Origin: Myxococcota bacterium
GTDB taxonomy: Bacteria; Myxococcota_A; UBA796; SXON01
DNA length: 64,000 bases
NCBI GenBank assembly: GCA_040386535.1
Contig: JAZKFH010000005.1
Coordinates: forward strand, 38,058-102,057
Direction of reading: 5' to 3'
Part shown: piece after piece, positions 38,818 to 48,489 of the stretch
Position numbering within the stretch: the stretch's first letter is position 1
Layout of the letters: every line of letters starts with the position of its first letter
Translations under genes and position numbers: made by a program
The notes under the pieces: model-generated
Database searches by the model: none
Told to the model about the DNA's origin: nothing
The model's input: the letters and a program-made list of their open reading frames with translations, nothing else

Positions 38818-39489
38818 ATGCGCGCCTTCCTCTCCTTGGTCCCCGTGTTCCTCCTCGCCGCGTACGTCGGCCAGGCGGCGGCGGCGGACCTGTCCCACGA
38901 CGTCATCACGCTCACCACCGGGGAGCGCCTCGTGGGCGAGCTGGTGGACGTGCGGGACGGTCGGTACTGGGTGCTCCTGACGGACGGCCGCATGGTGTCC
39001 GCCGAGTTCCGCACCGCGACCCGGGTGGAGATGGGCGGCGCCTCCACGGAGCCGGTGCCCATCGAGGAGCTGCCCCTGCCCGAATGGGGCGCCTCCGCCT
39101 ACGGAGAGGACAACAAGCGCGCCGTCGCGGCCGGCCTCGACTTCGGGCTCACGCAGGGCGGTCGGATCCGCTTCCGCACCAGCTCGCCGGCGGTCGCCCA
39201 CGTCGACATCAAGGCAGGCCTGGCCCTCGCCCTCGGGAACGGCGTGGGGTTCGCGCTCCTCACCGGCAGCGAGGTGGCGTTCTTCGGCAACAGCCCCGTC
39301 CACCTGACCCTCTCGGGCGGGGTCGGCCCGGCGATCATCTACGGCAGCTTGTACGGCCTGGTCGGGGTGGGCTCGGGGCTCCAGGTCGATCCGAAGGGCC
39401 CCGTCGAGGTGCACATCGGCTTTCTGGCGGGCACCAACTTCAACTACTTCACGGTGTGCCCGGATCTGACGGTGTCGTGGGTGTGGTGA
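38818..39489 (+). CDS. Hypothetical secreted/outer-membrane beta-barrel-like protein
   Basis: Signal peptide; D.I.L..GE.L.G small N-terminal domain; alternating strands ending in W. Confidence 0.65.
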   Translation: MRAFLSLVPVFLLAAYVGQAAAADLSHDVITLTTGERLVGELVDVRDGRYWVLLTDGRMVSAEFRTATRVEMGGASTEPVPIEELPLPEWGASAYGEDNKRAVAAGLDFGLTQGGRIRFRTSSPAVAHVDIKAGLALALGNGVGFALLTGSEVAFFGNSPVHLTLSGGVGPAIIYGSLYGLVGVGSGLQVDPKGPVEVHIGFLAGTNFNYFTVCPDLTVSWVW

Positions 39490-40486
39490 CCGCGCGCTGC
39501 GGTACGCGCACCTCGACCGTCGCCGCGACCAGGCAGTGGTCCCCGACATACTCGCAACGAACGCGCGTGCCGACGGGATGGACGCCGGGGCCGCCGAGCA
39601 CGTAGTCGATGCGGAGCAGCCCGAGGCCCAGGCCGACGAGCGAGTAGGGCCGCCACGTCCAGCCGGGACCGGTCCCGGCGAGGGCATGGGCGTCGCTCAG
39701 GCCCGTGGTGAGGAGGCGGTAGCCGGGCTCCGTGGGGGCGACGTTGAAGTCGCCCAGGACCAGCAGGTCGGCGCCCTCGACGATGTGGGCGTCGATCCGT
39801 GCGCGCAGGCGCGTGATGGCGGCGTCGCGGGGCGCGCTGTCGTAGTCCACGGGCAGGCCGCCGGGGAGCGTGTGGAGCCGCCCTGGGGAGGGGTGGGCGT
39901 TGATCACGACGAGCATCCCGCCCACGGCGCCGAGGGAGACGCGCGCCTCGATGCCGACCGGGTCTTCGAAGGAGGCCGACGCCTCGAGTGGAAGGGAGCT
40001 TAGGAGCCCCATGCCGACCACGTGTGGATCGGGCGCGAGGTGGCGGTACGGCCACGCAGCCCGGGCGCGCGGATCGGCCTCCAGCGCGGCGGCGATGCCG
40101 GGCTTGAGCTCTTGCAGCGCGACCACGTCGGCGTGTTCGGCCAGGAGCGCGTCGATCACGGGGGCGGAGGCGGCGTGGCCCCGGCGGCCGAGGTTCCACG
40201 TAACGACGCGGAGGAGGTCCCCCTCGGCGGGGGCGTCCGGGAACGAGGTCCACTCGGGGCCGAAGCGGAGCCCGACCACGACCGCGAGCACACCGAGCGC
40301 GATGACCAGCGCGCGGTCGCGCCACACGAGCACGACCGGCACCAGGACGAGCGCGGCGAGGCACAGGTGGGGCAGGAGGATCCCCGCCAGCGCGAGCGGG
40401 CCGGCGCGGGCGGGGAGCACCGCGGTCCACCCCACGAGCACGATCAGCGCCGCGGGGTACACGGCGGCGGCCCGGGCGAAGCGCAT
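39449..40486 (-). CDS. Endonuclease/exonuclease/phosphatase family membrane protein
   Basis: TM helices; VTWN, DVVALQE, H, LGDFN, RIDYV, DH. Confidence 0.88.
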   Translation of the reverse strand: MRFARAAAVYPAALIVLVGWTAVLPARAGPLALAGILLPHLCLAALVLVPVVLVWRDRALVIALGVLAVVVGLRFGPEWTSFPDAPAEGDLLRVVTWNLGRRGHAASAPVIDALLAEHADVVALQELKPGIAAALEADPRARAAWPYRHLAPDPHVVGMGLLSSLPLEASASFEDPVGIEARVSLGAVGGMLVVINAHPSPGRLHTLPGGLPVDYDSAPRDAAITRLRARIDAHIVEGADLLVLGDFNVAPTEPGYRLLTTGLSDAHALAGTGPGWTWRPYSLVGLGLGLLRIDYVLGGPGVHPVGTRVRCEYVGDHCLVAATVEVRVPQRAVTTPTTPSDPGTP

Positions 40487-40548
40487 CGGCCGCCCCTAAG
40501 CCGTTCGCGCGCTCGAGCCCCGCCTTCGCCGTAGGCACAGGGGGGCGC

Positions 40549-42210
40549 TCACCTCCCCCGCGCCACCCACGCCGCCGCCCCCTCCTCCAGGATGCCCATG
40601 GTGGCGGTGTTCGAGGGGGTGCGCGTGTAGCTGGCTTCCACCCCGGGGTTCTCGGCGCGCATCCACGCCAGCAGGGTCCCGGCGACGCGATGCGGGAGCA
40701 CACGGCAGGAGCACACCCACGCGACGAGGCGGCCATCGCGCACCACGCCGACGCTGACGAGGCCGTGATCTGCGAGACGATCGCGGCACGTCGCGACCCA
40801 GACGCCCTCGGCCCCGTCGAGGACGGGCCGTTCGCCGTTCAGATCGAGCTGGTGCGCCCGTTGGAGCAGCTCGCGGGCGCGCGGGAGGTCCTCGGGGCGC
40901 GCGGGGCGGACCGTCGCCACGATCGCGAGCCCGTGCAGGAACGCGGTGAGGCCCGGCCCCTCCGCGCAGACCACCGCGGCGCGGCTGCGGTAGGACGCCA
41001 CCCGTCGTGAAGCCGCCTCACTCGACCCCCACACGACGAACGGCGCCTCGTGCAGGAGCGCCGCGCGGAACCGCTCCACAGGCACGTCGAGGACGAACAC
41101 CCCGGGGGCGTTCGCGGCGACCTCGGCGCGCTCGAACGCCGCGTCGTCGAGGAGCGCGAGCGTGTCGAGGCCGATGCCGAGCGTCTCCGCGATGGTGCGG
41201 CACATCTCCGACTTGGGACCGAAGCCCGCCTGGATGACGACGAAGTCGTCGGGGCCGAGCGCCACGCGGTCGAGCACGACGGGGTGCGCGGAGTACGCGG
41301 CCGCGGCACGCTCCGCGGGCAGGTCGTCGTAGAGCGCGGCGTACATCCCCGTGTTCGCGTCGGGCGCGACCGGGCGCTTCCGGAAGCGGGCCGCCACCAC
41401 CGCCGGATCGTTGCGCGTCGCGAGCGCCAGGACGATGCCGCGGCGTTGCACGATCCGCAGCGCCTCGTGCAGCCCACGCCGCAGGCCCCACCACCCGTGG
41501 AGCAGCGGCGCGCCCGGCCCCTCGCCCTCAGGCTGATACGCAGGGTTGCGGGCGGCGAAGTCCGCGTCGGTGATCCGGCCGTGGACGAGCGTGTCGTCCA
41601 GGTCGACCACGACACACTTCACCGGGCCGTGCACGCGGGCGTGCCAGAGCGCATGGAGCGCGTCGGCCTCGACGCCAGCGGGATCGTAGGAGCCGGCGCC
41701 CCCACCGAGCGTGGCCTCGCCGTGCCCGAGCGCATGGTCGACCTCGTCGGGCACGATCCCGTGGCGCGCCCACAACGCGGCGACGTCGAGCACGCGCTCG
41801 CCGCGGGTGATCGCCTCCAGGACATCGAGCGCGTCGACCAGATCGGGCGGCAGCGGGGCCGCGGGCCCGAACGCGCCGCCGAGGGGGCGTCGCAGGCCGC
41901 GGTACAGCACGGGCCGCCCGCGCAGGGCCGCCACGACCGCGCGCATCCCATCGAGCTCACCAGGGTCGAGCGCCACGGCCAGGCCGGCCACCGCGGCGCT
42001 CACGAGCGGGGCGAGCCGGTCCCAATCGTAGAGGTCCACGTAGACCAGGGCGGGATCGAGCCGCTCCACGAGCTCGACCTGGGTCCAGCCGGCCACCACC
42101 ACCTCGGCGCCCGTTCGCGCCCGGAGGGGCGCGGCGAGCCGCAGCAGGCCACAGCGCCCGAGGAGCAGGATCGGGCGCTCCATCGGGGCCTCCGCGACGG
42201 GGAATAGCAT
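40549..42210 (-). CDS. FkbH-like HAD-IIIC phosphatase with GNAT-like C-terminus
   Basis: KCVVVDLDDTL, RGI.LA.A.RN, PKS, LDD..FER.EV, R..EL..R..Q, DR..DHG.V, SCRVL. Confidence 0.8.
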   Translation of the reverse strand: MLFPVAEAPMERPILLLGRCGLLRLAAPLRARTGAEVVVAGWTQVELVERLDPALVYVDLYDWDRLAPLVSAAVAGLAVALDPGELDGMRAVVAALRGRPVLYRGLRRPLGGAFGPAAPLPPDLVDALDVLEAITRGERVLDVAALWARHGIVPDEVDHALGHGEATLGGGAGSYDPAGVEADALHALWHARVHGPVKCVVVDLDDTLVHGRITDADFAARNPAYQPEGEGPGAPLLHGWWGLRRGLHEALRIVQRRGIVLALATRNDPAVVAARFRKRPVAPDANTGMYAALYDDLPAERAAAAYSAHPVVLDRVALGPDDFVVIQAGFGPKSEMCRTIAETLGIGLDTLALLDDAAFERAEVAANAPGVFVLDVPVERFRAALLHEAPFVVWGSSEAASRRVASYRSRAAVVCAEGPGLTAFLHGLAIVATVRPARPEDLPRARELLQRAHQLDLNGERPVLDGAEGVWVATCRDRLADHGLVSVGVVRDGRLVAWVCSCRVLPHRVAGTLLAWMRAENPGVEASYTRTPSNTATMGILEEGAAAWVARGR

Positions 42211-42669
42211 GGGCGGGTGGCGCACGGGTGCCGTGTTGGAGGGGAGCCGGGGTGGTGCGCGGCACCGGGGGAGCCGGCCGGGCTGGCCCACGACTCCGCT
42301 GTCGACGTGAGCGACCGGGCTGGCACACCGGTCCGCTGCTCACGTGAGCGACAGCGCTGGCGTACGGGTCAGTCTCGGCGGGGCGCCATACGGGAGCCGC
42401 CGCGGAGCACCCTCGCTCGTCACGACGCAGCCATGCCCCCCTCAACGCACACAATCCGAGGTCATGCCCCCGCGAATGACCGTTTTTGCGCCGGGCGGGC
42501 CCGCTGGCCGCGACCGCGCACCGAAAGAGCGGTGTTCGTCCGTTCGCGTGGTTGGCGTCGCCACAGCGGACCGGCGTTCACCCAGGCATGGGTCGAAATT
42601 ACGTGCATTCGAGCCGGCATGACCCTCTTCCTGCTCCCCGATCCACCGAGGCATGCCCCGCCCCCGACG

Positions 42670-43386
42670 CCACACTCCCCCATGTCCCCCTCGACCGCCT
42701 CCGCCAGGACGGCGTCCTCATGCTCACCGCCCTGCTCGACGACATCGCGGGCGAGCCCGGCGCGGCCGTGTGGAGCCACCCCGCGGGCGATCTACGCCGC
42801 GGCCGAGGCGCTCGACGCGAGCGACGAGCGCTCGCCTCCAAGCTCGAGGGCCGCGTCACCCGAGAGCCTGACCGGAATTCCTCCCGTCGCCCCGCTGGAC
42901 GCCTCCGGCGCCGGCCGCGCTCCGGTCTCGATCTGAGCGCCCCCGGAGGTGCGCCATCGGCCGGAAGCGCGGCGGAGAGCGATGGGGGGGTGGCGCACGC
43001 GTGCGCTGACGCGGCGCCCGCGGCTACCAAACACAGTCAAAGTCACGGCGATCGGACTCAGTCAGGCTCTGCGCGCTCCGGCCGTTCCTGGCGCGGGTCG
43101 TCGACGATCCGACGTGGCGGGCCACAGCGATCGCGGCGATCGATCCCGCCGCGCGCGCGCTCCTCTCCGAGATCGCGGCCGCCGGCGCGGTGCGGAGCCC
43201 ACGAAGTAGCGGCGCGAGGCGCTCGAGCGGCACCTGCTCTGCGACGCGGAGTCCGTCCACGAGGGCCGCCACGTCATGGTCCTGCGACCGTGGCGCTTCG
43301 CGGGCGCGCCCGCGGACGTATCGCTCGAGGAGGCCCTGGGCCGCATCCGCCACGCCTGCGGCGGACAGCGCTGCGGGCTCGACTAG
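42670..43386 (+). pseudogene. Frameshifted, insertion-interrupted hypothetical gene (possibly AlkZ-related family)
   Basis: Fragments IAGEP...WSHP / AIY..AEAL / KLEGRVT and LRPFL...W...AARALL / EALERHLL..ESVHEGRH...W lie in different frames and are split by a 208-bp insert. Confidence 0.5.
42863..43070. mobile_element. MITE-like non-autonomous element (208 bp)
   Basis: Perfect 10-bp terminal inverted repeats AGAGCCTGAC (42863-42872) and GTCAGGCTCT (43061-43070), sitting between the two pseudogene halves. Confidence 0.55.
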
Positions 43387-43478
43387 AACACACGCCGCTC
43401 GCGCCGCCTCCCCGTCGCCGCAGCGGCCGCGCCGCGCGGTCCGTCTGCCCTGTTCCCGACTCCCCTGCTCGGGCTCCC

Positions 43479-44504
43479 CTACCCGAACCGGCCCGGCGCG
43501 AACACCGCGGGAAGAGGCGTGCCGTCGAGCACGGCCGCGGCCATCCACTTCGCGGTGATCGGCGCGAGCAGGATGCCGTTGCGGTAGTGGCCGCTCGCGA
43601 CCCACACGCCGCCGACCTCGCCGACGAGGGGCAGATCGTCGGGGGTGCCGGGGCGGAAGCCGGACCATGCGCCGTCGAACGTGGCGGCGGCCAGATCGGG
43701 CACGAGCGCGAAGGCGGTGTCGAGCACGCCGCGCACGCCGCCCGCGGTCACGCCGCGCGCGAACCCGACCTCCTCGACCGTGGCGCCAACGATTACGCGT
43801 CCGTCCGCGCGGGGCACCAGGTAGCCGCCCGCGCCGAAGATCACGTGGCGGATGGGCACGCCGGAGAGCGCCGCGAGCTGGCCGCGCACCGGGCGCACCG
43901 GGAGCGGCGCGAGGCCGGGCACCTTCACGGTCCACGCGCCGGCGCACACGATCACGCGCCCCTCGACACGCTCGCCGCTCACGAGCGTGACGCCGCGCGC
44001 GTCGACCGCGCCGACCTCCTCGCCGACCCGGAACGTCGCGCCCGCGGCCCGCGCCGCCGCGTGCACCGCGGGCAGGAGCTTGCGTGGATCGAGCGTGGCC
44101 TCGTCGGGGAGGGACCACGCGCCGCGCACGCCGGGGGCCAGGCCGGGCTCGATCGCGCGCGCGGCGTCGGCGTCGAGCCAGCGTGCGTCGACGTCGGGGG
44201 CGTCCAACGGCTCGCCCGCGCGCACCACCCTGAGCGCGCCGGTGTGGACGAGCCCCACATCGGCGCCGAGCGAGGCCACCCACGCCGGGTACAACTCCAG
44301 GCTCTCGACCCCGATGCTGCGCAAGGGCTCGCGACCGTGGGCCTCGAGCCGCGGCGCCAGGATCCCCGCGGCCGCGCTGGACGCTTCTGCCCCTACGATC
44401 GCGCGCTCCAGCACCTCGACGGCCCCGCCGCGCCGCGCGATCTCCAGCGCGACGGCGCAACCGAGCAGCCCCCCACCTACGATGACGACGCGGTCACGTT
44501 CCAT
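43479..44504 (-). CDS. thiO: Glycine oxidase / DAO-family FAD oxidoreductase
   Basis: VVIVGGG..G, AS.AAAGIL, PVRGQ, YLVPR.DGR..VGAT, G.RP.TPD, GHYRNGILLAP. Confidence 0.85.
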   Translation of the reverse strand: MERDRVVIVGGGLLGCAVALEIARRGGAVEVLERAIVGAEASSAAAGILAPRLEAHGREPLRSIGVESLELYPAWVASLGADVGLVHTGALRVVRAGEPLDAPDVDARWLDADAARAIEPGLAPGVRGAWSLPDEATLDPRKLLPAVHAAARAAGATFRVGEEVGAVDARGVTLVSGERVEGRVIVCAGAWTVKVPGLAPLPVRPVRGQLAALSGVPIRHVIFGAGGYLVPRADGRVIVGATVEEVGFARGVTAGGVRGVLDTAFALVPDLAAATFDGAWSGFRPGTPDDLPLVGEVGGVWVASGHYRNGILLAPITAKWMAAAVLDGTPLPAVFAPGRFG

Positions 44505-44576
44505 GGGCGAACCCGTAGCGGTTGCGGCCCCGGCTCGCCAGCGTGATAGTGCCGGCCCGTATCGGAGGCCTAGCCC

Positions 44577-46889
44577 ATGCTCCTCGCCCTCGTCTCGCCG
44601 GTCCTCGCGGGCCTTCTCGTGAACGAAGTGGTCTACGACCCGACCAGCTCGGACGACGGGCTGGAGTGGATCGAGCTCTGCAACAACGGCGCCGACGTGA
44701 TCGACCTCACGGGGTACACGTTCGAGAACGCGGGCTCCAGCTACACCGAGGTGTACACCTTCGCCGACGGCTCCCTGGCGCCGGGCGAATACCTCGTGGT
44801 CGGCGGCGGCTCCAGCACCCACGCGGGCAGCTTCTCGCCCAACCTGCAGAACGGCAGCACGGAGACGGACGGCCTGCGGATCAAGGACGCCACCGGCGCC
44901 GTGATCGACACCGTGCTCTACGACGATCCGAACACCTCGCTCGCCGAGGACGACGGCACCGTGCCCACCACCGGCGGGCCCGCCGCGTCGTCGGGGAAGT
45001 CCATCGGCCGCTTCCCCGACTGCGCCGACACGAACGTGTCCGAGTCGGACTTCGTGCTGTACGACGCGCCGTCGCCGCTCGTGGCGAACGTCGACCCCAA
45101 CGAGGGTGACGAGGACACCGGCACGGTCACGACGATCGACTGCACGGGCGCCGACGGCATCGTGATCAACGAGCTGATGGCGAACCCCTCCGGCAGCGAC
45201 AGCGGGCTGGAGTGGATCGAGGTCAAGAACACCGGCGCCGCCGCGGTGATGCTCGACGGCTGGACCGTGGAGTGGGACACCTCCTCGTTCACCGGCGCCT
45301 CCTCCTGGGACTTCCCCGTCGCCACCACGCTCGAGCCCGGCGCGTACGTCGTGGTGGGCGCGGGCGGCCTGGCCGCGTCGCTCTCCCTCGGCAACGCCGG
45401 CTCCAGCGCCGACGGGCTGCGCATCGCGTGTGACGGCGCCGCGGTCGACACCGTCATCTACGGCACCACCAACAGCGACGCTTTTATCGACGACACCGGG
45501 CTCGTCGCCGTGTCGCTCGCGCCGAAGCCCACCGAGGGCAGCTCGCTCCAACGCGCGCCCGACGGCCTCGACACCGACGTGAGCGGCGTGGACTTCGTGT
45601 CCGGCCCCGCCACGCCCGGCGCCGAGAACGGCAGCGTCGGCCCCGTCGGAGACGCGGACTGCACCGGCAGCGACGGCGTGGTCATCAACGAGCTCGCCTA
45701 CACGACGGACGCCGAGTGGGTCGAGCTCTACAACGCGGGCTCCAGCGCGGTCACCCTCGACGGCTGGGTGCTCGAGTTCGGCACCAGCTCCTACAACGTG
45801 GACGCCGAGATCCCCGCGGGCGCCACCCTCGCCCCCGGCGACTGGTTGGTGATGGGCTCTCCCGGCGCCCTCGTCAAGGACATCGAGCTCGCCATGAACC
45901 TCGGCAACGCCTCCAGCACGGACGCGCTCCGCCTCACCTGCAACGCGCTGCCGGTCGACACCGTGGTGTACGGCGACCCGAACACCGACCTCTGGGTGGA
46001 CGACTCCGGCGCCGTCGCCACCTCGTTCGCGCCCGATCACGGCACCGGCGCGTCCATCGCGCGCGTGACCGACGGGTACGACACCGACGCGTGCGGCGTG
46101 GACTTCATCGAGTCCTCGGTGCCGACCCCGGGGGACGCGAACCCCGTCGTCGAGCCCGCCGTGTGTGACGTGGCGGGCGCCGAGGATCTGAAGATCAACG
46201 AGTTCATCTACGACACCGACGGCGCCGACGGCGGCAACGAGTGGGTCGAGCTCTACAACGCCGGCAGCACCACGCTCCGCCTCGACGACTACACGCTCCA
46301 GGTCGCCGGCACGACCTGGGGCGAGGACTTCCGCTTCCCCGGCGGCGTGTCGCTCGCGCCGGGCGAGCTGGTGCTGGTGGGCGGTGAGAACGTCGACGGC
46401 ATCGACTTCCTCGCCGACGGCCTCTCCCTCGACAACGCCGGCTCCGGCGCGGGCGGGCTGCGCCTGCTCGATTGTGAGGGCGGCGTGCTCGACACCGTGC
46501 TCTACGGCGACCCCGAGATCGAGGACGACATCGCCGGCGACAACGGCAGCCTCGAGGTCGTGCCGAAGGTGAGCGCGGCGTTCTCGCTCGGCCGCTTCCC
46601 CGACGGCGACGACAGCGACGCCGCCGCCGACTGGATCCCCTACGCCGACCCCTCCCCGGGCGCCCTGAACGCCGATCCCGCCGCGGTGAACGACGACACC
46701 GGCACCACCGGCCCCGGCGGCCCCGGCTGCGGCGGCAAGAAGGGCAACGCCCCTGCGCCCGGCGGTGGCTGCACCACGGTCCTGCCCTTCGGCGGCTTCG
46801 AGGTAGGCCTCGCGGCGCTCGCGATGTTGCGGCGGCGGCGTCGGACGCTCGGGCAGCCTCGGGACCCGAAGGGCGCGTCCCCGCGCTGA
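44577..46889 (+). CDS. Lamin-tail-domain (LTD) x4 surface protein with MYXO-CTERM-like tail
   Basis: Four INE....EW.EL.N...L.PG...L.N...D.V.YG...S..R.PDG.D...TPG..N modules; C-terminal GGCT...LAALAMLRRRRR. Confidence 0.85.
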   Translation: MLLALVSPVLAGLLVNEVVYDPTSSDDGLEWIELCNNGADVIDLTGYTFENAGSSYTEVYTFADGSLAPGEYLVVGGGSSTHAGSFSPNLQNGSTETDGLRIKDATGAVIDTVLYDDPNTSLAEDDGTVPTTGGPAASSGKSIGRFPDCADTNVSESDFVLYDAPSPLVANVDPNEGDEDTGTVTTIDCTGADGIVINELMANPSGSDSGLEWIEVKNTGAAAVMLDGWTVEWDTSSFTGASSWDFPVATTLEPGAYVVVGAGGLAASLSLGNAGSSADGLRIACDGAAVDTVIYGTTNSDAFIDDTGLVAVSLAPKPTEGSSLQRAPDGLDTDVSGVDFVSGPATPGAENGSVGPVGDADCTGSDGVVINELAYTTDAEWVELYNAGSSAVTLDGWVLEFGTSSYNVDAEIPAGATLAPGDWLVMGSPGALVKDIELAMNLGNASSTDALRLTCNALPVDTVVYGDPNTDLWVDDSGAVATSFAPDHGTGASIARVTDGYDTDACGVDFIESSVPTPGDANPVVEPAVCDVAGAEDLKINEFIYDTDGADGGNEWVELYNAGSTTLRLDDYTLQVAGTTWGEDFRFPGGVSLAPGELVLVGGENVDGIDFLADGLSLDNAGSGAGGLRLLDCEGGVLDTVLYGDPEIEDDIAGDNGSLEVVPKVSAAFSLGRFPDGDDSDAAADWIPYADPSPGALNADPAAVNDDTGTTGPGGPGCGGKKGNAPAPGGGCTTVLPFGGFEVGLAALAMLRRRRRTLGQPRDPKGASPR

Positions 46890-47035
46890 CGCGCGCGGCC
46901 GGACCGCTCCAGGCGCGCGGCGGAGCCGCTTGGTCCGCCGCTGCCGCGTCGGGACCGGCCGCCACTGGCGGCCGCCTTCCGCGCGCCTCGCGCGGGAGCC
47001 GGTGATCGCAGGCCACGCCGCGTTCACGGGCCGCC

Positions 47036-47810
47036 GGGGTCAGGACCTGCGGAATGTCAAAACTTCGGGTGTAATTTCATCCAGTTGACGTTTCCGGAGC
47101 GCGCCTTGGGGTCAGGACCTGCGGAATGTCAATGGTTCCGCAGGAATTTCAGGGGGTTGGCAGCCGCGGACCCGGCCGGGGGGTCAGGACCTGCGGAATG
47201 TCAATGGTTCCGCAGGAATTTCAGGGGGTTGGCAGCCGCGGACCCGGCCGGGGGGTCAGGACCTGCGGAATGTCAATGGTTCCGCAGGAATTTCAGGGAG
47301 TTGGCATCCGCGTACGCTGCCATGGGGTCAGGACCTGCGGGATGTTCGTCTCCTGCCGCGGCTTCAGGCTCCCTGCCGCAGGGCCGACCCCGGCTCCTGA
47401 CAGCGCCGCTCGCTGGGCATGCGCGGCCGGCGGGGGGCTGTGGCAGGCCGCTGGGCGGGCCTGGCGCCATGTGACCTCCGCGGGACCTGCACCCGGCGCT
47501 TGCCCCAACGCGGGCGGCGCCCCCGGCATGCGGCCGGCATCCGGGATCTGGCGTCCACCAGGACCTGACCCCCGGCGCTGGCGTGCGAACGCCAAGTGCT
47601 CGGAATTACAGGGGAACATTTGAGGTTCCGCAGGACCTGACCCCCCGCGTCGGCGCGCGAACACCAAGTACGCGGAATTACAGGGGAACATTTGACGTTC
47701 CGCAGGACCTGACCCCCGGCGCTGGCGTGCGAACGCCAAGTGCTCGGAATTACAGGGGAACATTTGACATTCCGCAGGACCTGACCCCCGGCGCTGCAGG
47801 GCCTGACCCC
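47036..47810. repeat. Inward-facing arrays of 72-bp GGGGTCAG-tagged repeats (5 forward, 4 reverse, plus partial copies)
   Basis: Forward starts 47036, 47108, 47180, 47252, 47324; reverse ends 47572, 47644, 47716, 47788 (partial to 47810); same core as the RAYT-flanking repeats. Confidence 0.92.
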
Positions 47811-48000
47811 GGCGGCTATGCCGCGCCGCCGACCACGGCCGCGGCCGCTGACCACGGCCGCGCCAGGTGCCTGGACGGCGGCCCCGCTTCGGGGCCGGTC
47901 CCGGCCTTGCTCCGATCGTGGAGCAAGGCCGGACCAAGGCCGCAGGCCGCGCCGGGAAGGGACCGCCCCCGCGTCTTCGCGGGGGGCGCCCAGAGGAGGA

Positions 48001-48453
48001 CTAGCGGGCTTCCGGGGGCGTGCACACGTCGCGGCACGGGAGGGGCTGCTCGCCGCTGTTCGAGGTCTCGCACTCGCCGGCCATGCGCAGGTCGCCACGC
48101 ACGCAGAGCTCGCCCGCGGCCTGCTGGTAGTCGGGGCAGGCCACCGCGTAGAACTCGGTGATGCCCTGGATGCAGAGCGCCTTGGTGTCGTAGCCCTGCT
48201 CGTCGAGGTACCCGCAGGTCTCGACGCTGTTGCAGTACGCGCCCGCGTGCGCCTCGACGAAGCCGTCGTAGGTGGTGAGGTCCGGCACGTCGGCGTCGGT
48301 GTCCGTGTCGGTGTCCGTGTCGGTGTCGGAGTCCGCGTCCGTGTCCGTGTCGGTGTCCGCGGCGTCCTTGTTGGGGCGCTTGCCCGAGTCGGTGGGCTCG
48401 CCGCCGGTGCAGGCGAAGAAGGGGAGGGCGAGGAGCAGAAGGAAACGGGCCAA
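48001..48453 (-). CDS. Cys-rich lipoprotein with Asp-Thr linker
   Basis: Lipobox FFAC, DT repeat, Cys-rich helical domain. Confidence 0.75.
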   Translation of the reverse strand: MARFLLLLALPFFACTGGEPTDSGKRPNKDAADTDTDTDADSDTDTDTDTDTDADVPDLTTYDGFVEAHAGAYCNSVETCGYLDEQGYDTKALCIQGITEFYAVACPDYQQAAGELCVRGDLRMAGECETSNSGEQPLPCRDVCTPPEAR

Positions 48454-48489
48454 GGGACCTCCGAATAGGGGCAGTCTTATAGACGAGAT

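Noticed and set aside
42320..42340. Sigma54 promoter (TGGCAC...)
   Set aside because: The -12 GC is not at GG-N10-GC spacing
47036..47810. CRISPR array
   Set aside because: The intervening sequences are near-identical to each other, the array is two inverted halves, there are no cas genes, and the repeat matches the RAYT-flanking repeats
47085..48098. Repetitive ORFs across the 47-kb array (e.g. GSGPAECQ repeats)
   Set aside because: Open frames follow from a 72-bp (in-frame) repeat; several overlapping frames on both strands with no coding-like bias
48293..48358. Asp-Thr hexamer repeats (also 4942-5022) as phase-variation loci
   Set aside because: In-frame and synonymously varied; these look like ordinary lipoprotein linkers
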